Assembly (NCBI GenBank): GCA_044344255.1
Contig: JBIJDH010000039.1
Coordinates: 1 to 51,946, forward strand
DNA: 51,946 nt
Source: Myxococcota bacterium
GTDB lineage: Bacteria; Myxococcota_A; UBA796; UBA2385
Direction of reading: 5' to 3'
Under the pieces are notes generated by a model. The model searched no databases. It was not told the origin of the DNA and saw only the letters and a program-made list of their open reading frames with translations. This document shows positions 38,296 to 47,350 of the stretch, in pieces. Position 1 is the first letter of the stretch; every line of letters begins with the position of its first letter. A program made the translations under genes and the position numbers.

Positions 38296-38311
38296 TGCAC
38301 CGGGCGTGCCA
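38296..38311 (-). promoter_or_regulatory. Sigma54 -24/-12 promoter of the sulfate operon
   Basis: Minus strand TGGCACGCCCGGTGCA = GG-N10-GC with consensus TGGCACG, 56 nt upstream of the sbp ATG. Confidence 0.8.
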
Positions 38312-38375
38312 GGAGCATCGTGCACAGAAAAGTCAGGGAGACTGCGGATCGGTTGCGAGCGCCCGTGAAGGGTGA

Positions 38376-38388
38376 ACGGAAAATCCGT
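38376..38388. promoter_or_regulatory. Candidate upstream activating sequence
   Basis: Palindrome ACGGA-AAA-TCCGT about 65 nt upstream of the -24 box. Confidence 0.35.
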
Positions 38389-38407
38389 GACGGGCTCACG
38401 GGCTCAC

Positions 38408-38448
38408 GGGCGGGGCAGGGCAGGGCAGGGCGGGGCAGGGCAGGGCGG
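38408..38448 (+). repeat. (GGGCR)n microsatellite with eight G-tracts
   Basis: gggcggggcagggcagggcagggcggggcagggcagggcgg. Confidence 0.85.
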
Positions 38449-38449
38449 T

Positions 38450-39826
38450 CTATCGACGGACCTTCTCCCGCATCAGCACGAATTCTTCGGCGGCGGTGGG
38501 GTGGATGGCGATGGTGCGGTCGAAGTCGCGCTTCGTGAGGCCCGCCCGTACGGCGATGGCGATGCCCTGGATGATCTCGGGCGCGTCGGGGCCCACCATA
38601 TGCGCCCCATAGACCCGCCCCGTCGCGGCCTCGACGACGAGCTTCATCATCGTGCGCTCGTCTCGCCCGGTCAGCGCGTACTTCATGGGCCGATAGACCG
38701 TCCGATAGACGTCCACGCCCCCCTCTCCAAAGCGCTCCACCGCCGCGGCCTCGGTGAGGCCCACCGCCCCCACCGGCGGCTGGCTGAAGACGGCGCTCGG
38801 GACGTCCTGGTGGTCGGTGGGGCTCGGGTTGTTGTTGAACAAGGTCTCGGCGACGCCGCGGGCCTCGGCGATGGCCACGGGCGTGAGCTGGATCTGGTGG
38901 GTGACGTCGCCCACGGCGAAGATGCTCGGCACGCTCGTGCGCTGCCAGGCGTCGACCCGCACGCCGCCGTCCTCATCCGTCTCCACCCCCACCTCGGCGA
39001 GCCCGAGCCCTTGGGTGTTGGGGACCCTGCCGATGGCGACGAGCACGGCCTCGGTGCGCAGCTCGCCGCCCTCTTCGAGGGAGAGCCGGAGGACCGGCCG
39101 GCCCGCGTCGTCGTCGGCCTCGCGGTCGATGCGGGTGACGTGGCGGCCGCCCAGCACGCGGATGCCCTGCTTGGCGAGCTCGTCGCCGAGGTGGGCGCGG
39201 ACGTCCTGGTCGAAGCCGCGCAGCAGGGCGTCGCCGCGGAGGAGGATGGTCACCTCGGCGCCGGCCGCGCGGAGGATGCCGGCGAATTCGACTGCGATGA
39301 AGCCCCCGCCCACGATCACGACGTCGCGGGGCAGGGTGGGGAGGTCGAGGGCCTCATTCGAGGTGAGCGTGTGCTCGACGCCGGGGAGGTCGGGCAGCAG
39401 CGGGCGACCGCCGGTGGCGATGAGGATGTGGCGGGCCGTGTGGCGCTGTCCGGCCACCTCGACCGTGTGCGGCCCCACGATGCGCGCCGCCCCGCGGAAG
39501 AGCGCCACCTTCGAGCCCGCGAGCAGCTTGTCGTAGATGCCCTCGAGGCGCGCGGTCTCACGGTCCTTGGCGGCGATGAGCCGGCCCCAGTCGAGGCTGC
39601 CCTCGACCGTCCAGCCGTAGCCGCGCGCGTCTTCGAGCTCGTGGGCGAAGTGGGTGCCATAGACGAGGAGCTTCTTCGGCACACAGCCGCGCAGCACGCA
39701 GGTGCCGCCCACCCGGCCGGCCTCGGCGATGGCCACCCGGGCGCCGTAGGAGGCCGCCCGGCGCGCCCCCGCCACGCCGCCGGAGCCGGCCCCGAGGGTG
39801 AACAGGTCGTAGTCGAAGTCGGTCAT
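38450..39826 (-). CDS. gor: Glutathione-disulfide reductase
   Basis: GAGSGG, GGTCVLRGCVPKK, GGGFIAVEF, LTPVAI, HPTAAEE. Confidence 0.93.
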   Translation of the reverse strand: MTDFDYDLFTLGAGSGGVAGARRAASYGARVAIAEAGRVGGTCVLRGCVPKKLLVYGTHFAHELEDARGYGWTVEGSLDWGRLIAAKDRETARLEGIYDKLLAGSKVALFRGAARIVGPHTVEVAGQRHTARHILIATGGRPLLPDLPGVEHTLTSNEALDLPTLPRDVVIVGGGFIAVEFAGILRAAGAEVTILLRGDALLRGFDQDVRAHLGDELAKQGIRVLGGRHVTRIDREADDDAGRPVLRLSLEEGGELRTEAVLVAIGRVPNTQGLGLAEVGVETDEDGGVRVDAWQRTSVPSIFAVGDVTHQIQLTPVAIAEARGVAETLFNNNPSPTDHQDVPSAVFSQPPVGAVGLTEAAAVERFGEGGVDVYRTVYRPMKYALTGRDERTMMKLVVEAATGRVYGAHMVGPDAPEIIQGIAIAVRAGLTKRDFDRTIAIHPTAAEEFVLMREKVRR

Positions 39827-39847
39827 GGGGGCCTCGCCGCGGGTGGG

Positions 39848-39920
39848 CTACCCCTGTATTCGGATGGCCCGCGGAAGGTAGAGGTGAAAGGCCGGCCCCG
39901 CCGGTGGGGGCGGTGTCGGC
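39848..39920 (-). repeat. Diverged copy of the last ~73 bp of the histidine kinase gene (left island boundary)
   Basis: 63/73 identical by hand to 47701-47772; encodes ADTAPTGGA, a 1-nt frameshift, then AFHLYLPRAIRIQG* versus kinase AETAPSGGAAFHLYLPLASRTQG*. Confidence 0.9.
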
Positions 39921-39988
39921 CTCGCCTCGCGCGCCCGTGTCCCCGCTTCGAGGACCCACCTGGTAGCCTGGCGCCCTCCGGAGACCCC

Positions 39989-41488
39989 ATGCTCGAGCTC
40001 GTCGGCCTCGCCTACCAGCCTGTCACCGCCTGGGAGGGTTGTGCGCGGGCCGCCTTCTCTGCGGCGATCGGCGGCCGCTACCCCCGTATCAAGGACCTCA
40101 CCGATCCCCGGAACGACGAGAAGCGCTTCCAGCTCCGGGTGAACGCCGACACCAAGGAGGGCGCGCTCCCCTACGCGGCGCTCATCCCGCCGGAGCAGGA
40201 GCGGAGCGGCCCCTACGGCGGGATGAGCTTCGTCCTGTTCCCATCCGCCGAGCCCGGAGAGCCCGCGCTCCTCGGGATGGTCGTGGGGACGCTCGGGCTC
40301 GCACCGGACGAGGCGATCCTCGGGCGGCCCGGCCACGCCAGAAAGGTTGGTGCCGTCGCCCGCTGGCTGTCTGCCCGCCTGCCGGCCTGGGCCAAGGGTG
40401 ACCCTGTCCGCATCGATCTGGCCCTCCCCCAGACCGTGCTCCGCACCTTTGGCGTAGGCGATGCGCTGGCGAAGAAATATGGGCCGTGTATCTACGCGCT
40501 CGTCCGGCTGCCCGCGGTGCGCACCGAGGCCAGCGACGAAGCGGCACGGTCCGCCTTCGCGGCGTTGATTGACTTGACGCTCGGCGAGCGCGGCGTCCTG
40601 CCCAACGCGCAGAGCCGGGCCGACGCCGAGCTCCACTGCGACGGGTGGATGAGCGCGCTGCTCCCCGCCACCGATGATGGGGCGGTGGTCGAACTGCTCC
40701 GGGCCCGCCGCTTCGTGGTGCTGGAGGGGCCGCCGGGCACGGGAAAGACCGAGCTGGCGGGCCGCGTGTTGGAGGGAGCCTATGGCGGGCGCGGGGTCAA
40801 GCGGCAATTCCACCCCGGCACCACCTACGAGAGCTTCGTCGGCGGACTCATGCCGCGGACAATCGCGGGTGGCTTCGGCGTGACCTTCGAGCCCCTGGCC
40901 GGTGTGTTGATCCGCGCCGCCCGAGCCGCCCGCTCGCTGCCGGCGGGGCAGCGTTACCTGCTGGTTCTCGACGAGATCAACCGGGCTGACCTCGCCAAGG
41001 TGCTCGGCGAGGCCATCTTCCTCTTCGAGCCCGGCAGACGCCGCTCGATCGAGCTGCCCCTGGAGTTCGACGGGGAGCGCGAGCTCGAGCTCCCCGCGAA
41101 CCTCGATGTCCTCGGCACCATGAACAGCGCCGATCGCAGCATCGCGATCCTCGATGTCGCGGTGCGCCGACGCTTCGCCTTTCAGGCGCTCTGGCCGGAC
41201 CGCGCGTGGTTGAAGGAGCACACCACGTCGGGGATGTTGGAGGCCTTTGACGAGGTGCTGCGTGTGTTCATCGAGTACGCCGGTGAGGATGCCTTTCCGC
41301 TGATCCCGGGGCCGTCCTACTTCGTCGCGCCAGCCGGGGTGAGTGAGGCGACCTGCCTGCGAACCGGGCTCCGCCCCCTCCTCTCTGAGTACATCTCCCA
41401 GGGCTTCGTGGCCGGCTTCGCCGATGAGCTGCGCGCCGTGATGGACTGGGCGGAGGCCGAGGCCCTGACGCGCGGCCTCGCGCGCTGA
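39989..41488 (+). CDS. mcrB: McrB-like AAA+ GTPase (type IV restriction)
   Basis: GPPGTGKT, QFHPGTTYESFV, LDEINRADL, TMNSADRS (NxxD), VRRRF; ATG 39989 after GGAGACCCC. Confidence 0.9.
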   Translation: MLELVGLAYQPVTAWEGCARAAFSAAIGGRYPRIKDLTDPRNDEKRFQLRVNADTKEGALPYAALIPPEQERSGPYGGMSFVLFPSAEPGEPALLGMVVGTLGLAPDEAILGRPGHARKVGAVARWLSARLPAWAKGDPVRIDLALPQTVLRTFGVGDALAKKYGPCIYALVRLPAVRTEASDEAARSAFAALIDLTLGERGVLPNAQSRADAELHCDGWMSALLPATDDGAVVELLRARRFVVLEGPPGTGKTELAGRVLEGAYGGRGVKRQFHPGTTYESFVGGLMPRTIAGGFGVTFEPLAGVLIRAARAARSLPAGQRYLLVLDEINRADLAKVLGEAIFLFEPGRRRSIELPLEFDGERELELPANLDVLGTMNSADRSIAILDVAVRRRFAFQALWPDRAWLKEHTTSGMLEAFDEVLRVFIEYAGEDAFPLIPGPSYFVAPAGVSEATCLRTGLRPLLSEYISQGFVAGFADELRAVMDWAEAEALTRGLAR

Positions 41489-41489
41489 G

Positions 41490-42968
41490 ATGGCCAAGAA
41501 GTCGCCGAAGGGGCCCTCGCTGCGCTGGGCGCGCGGCGCCGGGAGCGCCGAGCGGGCCGCCACCCGTCTGGACGCGGGCAGCCGCGCGGTCCCGGACTGC
41601 TCGACTGGGTTCCTGCCGGTCGCCGGGTGGCTTGGGGACGCGGGAAGGGGCGCGGCGCTCGAACGGTACGCGGAGAGCTTGCTCACCACGAACGCGGGGG
41701 TGCTCCAGGCCTTGGGCGTGGAGGCGGCGCCCTCGCGACGCGGCGGGGTCACCGGGCTCGCGGTGCGGACCTCCACCCGGGTTGGCGCGATCCCCTTGCG
41801 GTCACCGGCGACGGGGAGAGCGGACTTCGGCCTCGTGGTGTCGCCCCGGTTCTCCTGGCTCTCGATCGGAGAGGCGCTGGGTGTCGCGGGCTTCCGTGTC
41901 ACCCCGGAGCTGCTGCCGCTGCCGACCCTGCCCCAGTCCGAGCGGGCGGTGCCGCCGTGGGTGCTGGCGAGCGTCGTGCTCGCCCGGGTCGAGGCGCTCC
42001 TGCTGAGCATGACCCGGCGGTTCGTCGTCACCCGCGCGGTGCTGCCCGCGCCACGAGGGCAGATCGACGTCGGGCGATGGGCGACGGAGGGCCTCGCGCG
42101 CGGTCGACCGCTCGCCGTGCCCTGCGCCTTCCCCGACCTCCGCGATGACGAGCGGCTGCGGGCCGCGATCCACTGGGTCGTCCGTCGTCAGGTCGCGGGG
42201 CTCCGCGGGGCCGCCGCCGTCGGGAGCACGAACACGCTCCGCCCTCTGCTCGACCGATGTGAGCGCATCCTCTCGGCGGTCGGCGGCACCCCTGCGGTGC
42301 GCCCCGCCTCGTCTGATCGTGAGCAGTGGTCTCGCGAGCCCCTCCGGTCCAAGGTGTTCCGCGACGGGCTGGAGGCGATCGGTTGGACCGCAGACGAGAC
42401 CGGCCTCGCGGGCCTGGCGGAGACCTCGGGCCTCTCCTGGCGCCTCGACATGGAGCGCTTCTTCGAGGCGTGGGTGGAGTCGCTCGCGGACGGCGTGAGC
42501 CGCCGCATCGGCGCCGTGCTGCGCGCTGGACGGACCGAGGCCACTCGCGTGCCGCTGAGCTGGGAGCCGCGGGGCGTGGGTGGCCTGCAGTCGCTGCTGC
42601 CGGACCTGGTGCTGGCGCGCGCCGATCGCACCATCGTGATCGACGCGAAGTACAAGCCCCATGGCGAGGCGCTCGGCGCGGGTGGACGAGGCGCGCTGCG
42701 GGAGGACGAGCGGGAGGTCCACCGCGACGACGTGCTGCAGGCCCTCGCCTACTCGTCGCTGTTCGCCACCGAGCGGGTGACGGCGGTGCTGGCCTACCCT
42801 TGCCGAATCGGGCGTTGGCAGACGCTGTCCGAACGGGGGCGGACCCACGCGCGCGCGAATGTGTCGGTCGCGGCCGGCCGGCGCGTGGACCTGGTGGTGT
42901 GCGCGCTCCCGCTGGGGGTGGCGGCGGAGGAGGGGAGGCAGGCGCTGATAGAGGCGATTGGGAGTTGA
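41490..42968 (+). CDS. mcrC: McrC-like PD-(D/E)xK endonuclease
   Basis: DMERFFEAWV, LLPDLVL...IDAKYK, QALAY; starts 1 nt after the mcrB stop. Confidence 0.88.
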   Translation: MAKKSPKGPSLRWARGAGSAERAATRLDAGSRAVPDCSTGFLPVAGWLGDAGRGAALERYAESLLTTNAGVLQALGVEAAPSRRGGVTGLAVRTSTRVGAIPLRSPATGRADFGLVVSPRFSWLSIGEALGVAGFRVTPELLPLPTLPQSERAVPPWVLASVVLARVEALLLSMTRRFVVTRAVLPAPRGQIDVGRWATEGLARGRPLAVPCAFPDLRDDERLRAAIHWVVRRQVAGLRGAAAVGSTNTLRPLLDRCERILSAVGGTPAVRPASSDREQWSREPLRSKVFRDGLEAIGWTADETGLAGLAETSGLSWRLDMERFFEAWVESLADGVSRRIGAVLRAGRTEATRVPLSWEPRGVGGLQSLLPDLVLARADRTIVIDAKYKPHGEALGAGGRGALREDEREVHRDDVLQALAYSSLFATERVTAVLAYPCRIGRWQTLSERGRTHARANVSVAAGRRVDLVVCALPLGVAAEEGRQALIEAIGS

Positions 42969-43204
42969 GGGGCTGGGTGAGTGGGCGACCGGCGCGCGCC
43001 TCCCCAGCGGCTCAGGACCCCGCGCGGGCCAGCGCGGCGGGGCGGAGGTGTGGCGCGTCTACCATCTGGTTGACGACGTCGAGCGCTTCGCGGAGCGGCT
43101 TCGCGAATGGGTGGACCACCGGGAGGAGCTTGGCGGCGGAAGGACCACGGGCCGGCGAGGCGCCGGGCCCCTCGCTCCCGGCGCCCTCCCGCGGGGCCCG
43201 TCCG

Positions 43205-43735
43205 TCAGGGGGTGACGGCGTAGAGGCGGAGCTGGTCGATGTAGTGGTGGCCGCCGCCCATGTAGGCGCTCACCTGGATCTGCAGACTGTGGTCGCCGGC
43301 GGTGGAGCTGCCAAGGTAGAAGGTGGTGGCCATGTTCTCGTCCTCCGTCACCGAGATGTTGCCGATGGAGACACCGTCGTAGCGGAGGGTGTCGATCTCG
43401 CCGCCGTAGCGGCTGTAGTCCAGCAGGAGGGGCAGACCGGCGTAGCTCGTGGGGACGGTGAACCGAACGGTGAGCACCCGAGCGCAGCCCCGGCCCCCGC
43501 AGGAGGCGGAGTCGAGGGCCATCGAGCCGACCAGCGCGGGGGTGGTGTCCTGGAAGGGCAGGGTGCCCGCCTCAAAGACGACGGCATCCGTGAAGCCGGT
43601 GGACGAGAATTCGTCGGCCCCGACGGAGGCGGTCACCGCGCCCTCCAGCGCGCCAAGCTTCAGCAAGGTGGCTTGGGCGGCGGAGGCGGTGCTGCTGAGG
43701 GCGAGGAGGGTCGCGGCGAGGACAAAGCGGGACAT
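43205..43735 (-). CDS. Secreted beta-sandwich protein, paralog A
   Basis: Signal peptide MSRFVLAATLLALSSTASA; SD GGAG; similar to adjacent gene. Confidence 0.75.
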   Translation of the reverse strand: MSRFVLAATLLALSSTASAAQATLLKLGALEGAVTASVGADEFSSTGFTDAVVFEAGTLPFQDTTPALVGSMALDSASCGGRGCARVLTVRFTVPTSYAGLPLLLDYSRYGGEIDTLRYDGVSIGNISVTEDENMATTFYLGSSTAGDHSLQIQVSAYMGGGHHYIDQLRLYAVTP

Positions 43736-43801
43736 GGGGAGCTCCAGACAGGGGAGAGGGAAATGACGGATAGAGGCAGAGAGGGAGGAGGGCACTGGGG
43801 T

Positions 43802-44356
43802 CTATTCGGCGGTGAGGACGATGCGGTCGATGTAGTTGACGCGGGTAGCGGAGGCGCCGACATTGCCGCCGAGGATCGACCAGAGCAGGATCGAGTGCTG
43901 TCCGGCGGCGAGGATGCCGAGGTCAATCGTGCTGCTCATCCACTTCCCCTCCGTGGCGCTCAGGCCACCCACCTGATCGCCGTCGAGGAAGACGGAGTTC
44001 CACTCTGAGCCGTACCGATCCACCTTGAGGTCGAAGTCGAAGCCGTCATAGGCGGCGGGCACGGTGAACACGATGCTCAGCATGGCCGTGCAGTCATGCC
44101 CGCTGCTGCAGTAGGTCGAGTCTGCGGCGATCTCGCCCGGGATGGCGGGGGACTTCCACGTGGCGGGGAGCGTGCCGGCGTCAAAGACGAACTGGGAGGA
44201 GTAGCCGGCTGGGGCCACGAACTCCGCCGCGCCCGAGGTCGCGCTGGTCGCGTAGCCATTGGCCTTGCCGAGGGTGAGCACGGTGGCCGCCTGTGCGCAC
44301 AGGGGGAGCGCGGCGGAGAGGGCGAGGGTGGTGAGCAAGCGGGCGGTGCGGTCCAT
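43802..44356 (-). CDS. Secreted beta-sandwich protein, paralog B
   Basis: Signal peptide MDRTARLLTTLALSAALPLCAQA; shares GAxEF, VFxAGTLP, FTVP, RYG, YID motifs with paralog A. Confidence 0.75.
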   Translation of the reverse strand: MDRTARLLTTLALSAALPLCAQAATVLTLGKANGYATSATSGAAEFVAPAGYSSQFVFDAGTLPATWKSPAIPGEIAADSTYCSSGHDCTAMLSIVFTVPAAYDGFDFDLKVDRYGSEWNSVFLDGDQVGGLSATEGKWMSSTIDLGILAAGQHSILLWSILGGNVGASATRVNYIDRIVLTAE

Positions 44357-44590
44357 GGGGGAGTCCTCTGGGTTGGGGTCAGCTCGGGGCCCGTTCATCT
44401 GGGTGATGAGGCATCCGAGTGATGATGCACATTGCACCCACTGTGCCAGGCTCGACCTCCGCGACTCGATGGACGTTGTAGGAGAGCAATTGTCCGAGCC
44501 CTCTTTCCAGCATCCCGGCCTGGCGCTGCGTCTCCGTCTCCGTGGGACGCTGCGTGCGTCTTAAAACGACGCGAAGGGTGGGCCTCAGCG

Positions 44591-44860
44591 CGCCTCTCCC
44601 GCCACGGCCTGCTCGTCTACGGTGACGCCCGGATGCCAAATCCCCTCCACCTGCTCGTCGAGGACGAGCCCTGGTGGGTGCATCTCCTCGCCTGCCTGCA
44701 CCTCAACCCTGTCCGCGCCCCCTGGCTTCGATCCAGAGCCACTCTGGGAGGGGGAAACCAGCCTCCGCGACGAAAGTCCGGAGGACAGCCCCCTTCGCGC
44801 GGTCGAGCAGGCCATCATCGAGCTGGTGGTCGTGAGCGGCTGCCCGCGCGTGTATCCGAT
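44591..44860 (+). pseudogene. Internally deleted REP-associated tyrosine (Y1/RAYT) transposase relic
   Basis: RHGLLVYGDARMPNPLHLLVE (cf. YxLMPNHxHLL) joined directly to LLACLHLNPVRA (cf. YIHLNPVRA). Confidence 0.65.
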
Positions 44861-44886
44861 CCGGATCCGGGGATCCCCAGCCAGGA

Positions 44887-46065
44887 TCAGGGGCAGTCGC
44901 CGACGTTGCCCTCGTTCCTGTAAGACCCGACGAACCCGATCAAACGGGCCAGCAGGTCATCCACGTGGTCGGCGCAAAGCGAGGCGTTGTCGTAGACCTC
45001 GAGGTCGCCCCCCACCGAGGTCACCGCGTCGAGCCCGGAGAGGCTCGTGAGCGCGGCGTTGTCGTCGACCCAGAGGCTCCCGCCCACGGAGGTCAGCGTG
45101 TCGAGCCCGGAGAGGCTCGAGAGCGCGGCGTTGTCGCCGACCCAGAGGCTCCCGCCCACGGAGGTCAGCGTGTCGAGCCCGGAGAGGCTCGTGAGCGCGG
45201 CGTTGTCGCTGACGTAGAGGCTCCCTCCCACCGAGGTCAGCGTGTCGAGCGCGGAGAGGCTCGTGAGCGAAGCGTTGTGTTCGACATAGAGGTCCCCCCC
45301 CACGGAGGTCAGCGCGTCGAGCCCGGAGAGGCTCGTGAGCCCGGCGTTGTACTCGACGCAGAGGTCCCGCACGGAGGTCAGCGCGTCGAGCCCGGAGAGG
45401 CTCGTGAGCGCGGCGTTGTCGCCGACCCAGAGGGTCCCGCCCACGGAGGTCAGCGCGTCGAGCCCGGACAGGCTCGTGAGGGCGGTGTTGTACTCGACGT
45501 CGAGGCTCCCGCCCACCGAGGTCAGCGCATCGAGCCCGGAGAAGCTCGTGAGCGCCTGGTTCTCGAAGACGTAGAGGCTCCCGCCCAGGGAGGTCAGCGC
45601 GTCGAGCCCGGAGAAGCTCGTGAGCGCGGCGTGGTCGCCGACGGAGAGGTCCCCCCCCACCGAGGTCAGGCATCCAAGCGCGGCCACGTCGGCATCGGTG
45701 GCGGAGTACAGGTCCACATTTCCGGTGACGACCCGCCCACAATAGCCATCGCAGAACGTGTCAAATCCGCTGGTGAGGTCACCCTCGAACGTGTCCGTGT
45801 CTTCGCACGGGGCCCCGCCGGTATCGCCCCCACCGGTGTCGCCCCCACCGGTATCGCCCCCACCGGTGTCGCCTCCACCGGTGTCGCCTCCACCGGTGTC
45901 GCCCCCACCGGTTTCCGTGTCGGGACCCGTAGAATCACCCCCACCGGTGTCTCTCCCACCGGTGTCGCCCCCACCGGGGTCATTCCGAGCAGGATCGGCG
46001 TCCTTAGGGGAGCACCCAACCAGCGTAAAGGCGACGAGAAGACCGAGGCAAAGGCGGGTGAGCAT
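44887..46065 (-). CDS. Lipoprotein with GGGDT linker repeats and receptor L-domain/LRR-like repeats
   Basis: Lipobox LVGC; (GGGDT)6; nine 23-24-aa repeats VGGxLxVxxNxALTSLSGLDALTS plus a Cys cap. Confidence 0.85.
   Translation of the reverse strand: MLTRLCLGLLVAFTLVGCSPKDADPARNDPGGGDTGGRDTGGGDSTGPDTETGGGDTGGGDTGGGDTGGGDTGGGDTGGGDTGGAPCEDTDTFEGDLTSGFDTFCDGYCGRVVTGNVDLYSATDADVAALGCLTSVGGDLSVGDHAALTSFSGLDALTSLGGSLYVFENQALTSFSGLDALTSVGGSLDVEYNTALTSLSGLDALTSVGGTLWVGDNAALTSLSGLDALTSVRDLCVEYNAGLTSLSGLDALTSVGGDLYVEHNASLTSLSALDTLTSVGGSLYVSDNAALTSLSGLDTLTSVGGSLWVGDNAALSSLSGLDTLTSVGGSLWVDDNAALTSLSGLDAVTSVGGDLEVYDNASLCADHVDDLLARLIGFVGSYRNEGNVGDCP
44985..45669 (-). repeat. 72-bp coding tandem repeat array (one unit of 69 bp)
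   Basis: Recurrent gaggtcagcgcgtcgagcccggagaggctcgtgag core. Confidence 0.9.
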
Positions 46066-46109
46066 CTCCGCCGGTAACCGATCGGGAGCGCCCGGGTCCA
46101 CATGCGAAA

Positions 46110-46330
46110 GGTTCGGTGCCAGCGAGTGATCGTTGCCACCTCGCCCGCCGGAGTCGGCCCCACCCGCCGCGCCGGCGCCGCTCGACGACCACGACGGCCG
46201 GTCGGCCACGCGATGCGGATCCGTCGTGCTGTTCGAGTTGATCGCGCCCCCGACATCGCCGAGCCTGGGAGGGAGTAGACCGTCGGCAAGGCACCACGGG
46301 ACGGGTGAGCTGCCCGATGGTCATCCCCCT
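46110..46330. repeat. 221-bp non-coding element, copy 1
   Basis: 24 mismatches and no indels versus 47351-47571 by hand alignment. Confidence 0.9.
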
Positions 46331-46479
46331 TGGCCGTCGCGGAGGCGCTCGGCAACGACCCGCCGACGGTCAGCGGGGGGTGGGGAGGGCGCGAGGGAGC
46401 TGACCGGAGCCGATGGCGCGATGGCAGGAGCGGCTTCGGTCCCTGGCCGTCGGGGAGGCCGGTGGGCCGAATGAGCAAT

Positions 46480-46521
46480 AGACTGAGCCTGGCACCGGTT
46501 AGACCGAGCCTGGCACCGGTT
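46480..46521. repeat. Tandem 21-bp REP-like units AGACYGAGCCTGGCACCGGTT
   Basis: Two copies with one mismatch; inverted match GTGCCAGGCTCG at 44443-44454. Confidence 0.8.
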
Positions 46522-46664
46522 GCCGGAACGCTGTCGTTGAAGTATCCATGTCTGGAGGACTTGTGGGCGACGAGTGCTCGTTCACGATCTTCTCAGCGAG
46601 CAGGTAGAGCAACCCCTCTGTTTTCTACGAAAACAGGTCAGTACCCGCGAGAACGAGGTGTCGA

Positions 46665-47198
46665 GTGCCGATCGAAGATGAACTCCGCGAGATCGCCGAC
46701 CGTGAGCAGGATGCCATTCGCCATGAGCGGTTCGAGTGCGCCATACTCGTGGTGCCCGGTGAGGTGCTTCGTCTCCCCGGCAGGTGGAGCGACCGCTTCG
46801 AGCTGCCAGACGAGTGGGAGGAGATTGCCCGGGACAATGACCGCTTGTCGATCCTGATCCACAACCACCCGCTCCGAGGGCCCCCTTCTGCTGAGGACTT
46901 CGAGGTTGCCCATCAGCTGGGGTTGCTGGAGATGCGCGTCGTAGGGCTGGACTTCAGCTGGATGTGTTGCGAGGCGTCGGGGTTTCAGTGGTGGTAGATG
47001 GAAGAGACGTGGAACGTGGAGCGATTCAGGGCAGCTGCCATCACAGCTCTTGCCCACAAAGCAAGTGGGAGTGGCGAACCCGTTAGGGATCTCGCAAACA
47101 CTGTAACGGTGATGTACCTGCTGCGACTTTTTCCTCATTTTCGGCGCGACCCATTTCCAAGAGTCGAGTTGGCCTCTTCAATAGCGGGGCGGGAATAG
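46665..47198 (+). other. JAB/MPN-motif ORF (110 aa) followed in frame by a 66-aa ORF across a TAG; split gene or gene pair
   Basis: IHNHPLRGPPSAED with upstream Glu (RFECAIL); TAG 46995-46997 then ATG 46998; visibly lower GC. Confidence 0.55.
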
Positions 47199-47350
47199 GG
47201 AGACTAGCGGCCCCCCATCCCTGTTCGGGTCGGCCGAATGGGCCACCCAGAAAAGAGAGAGGCCGGGGTGTGCGCACATTCCGGCCTCAGTTAAGCTCGT
47301 TCTTAGTCTATTTCGAGCTTCTTGTTCGAGAGAACGCCCGGTTCGGTGCC

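Noticed and set aside
38372..39988. N-terminal half of the 1038-aa ORF as part of McrB
   Set aside because: Antisense to gor; a good SD and ATG exist at 39989.
44985..45669. CRISPR array
   Set aside because: Units are codon multiples within an intact lipoprotein ORF, the variable parts resemble each other, and no cas genes are present.
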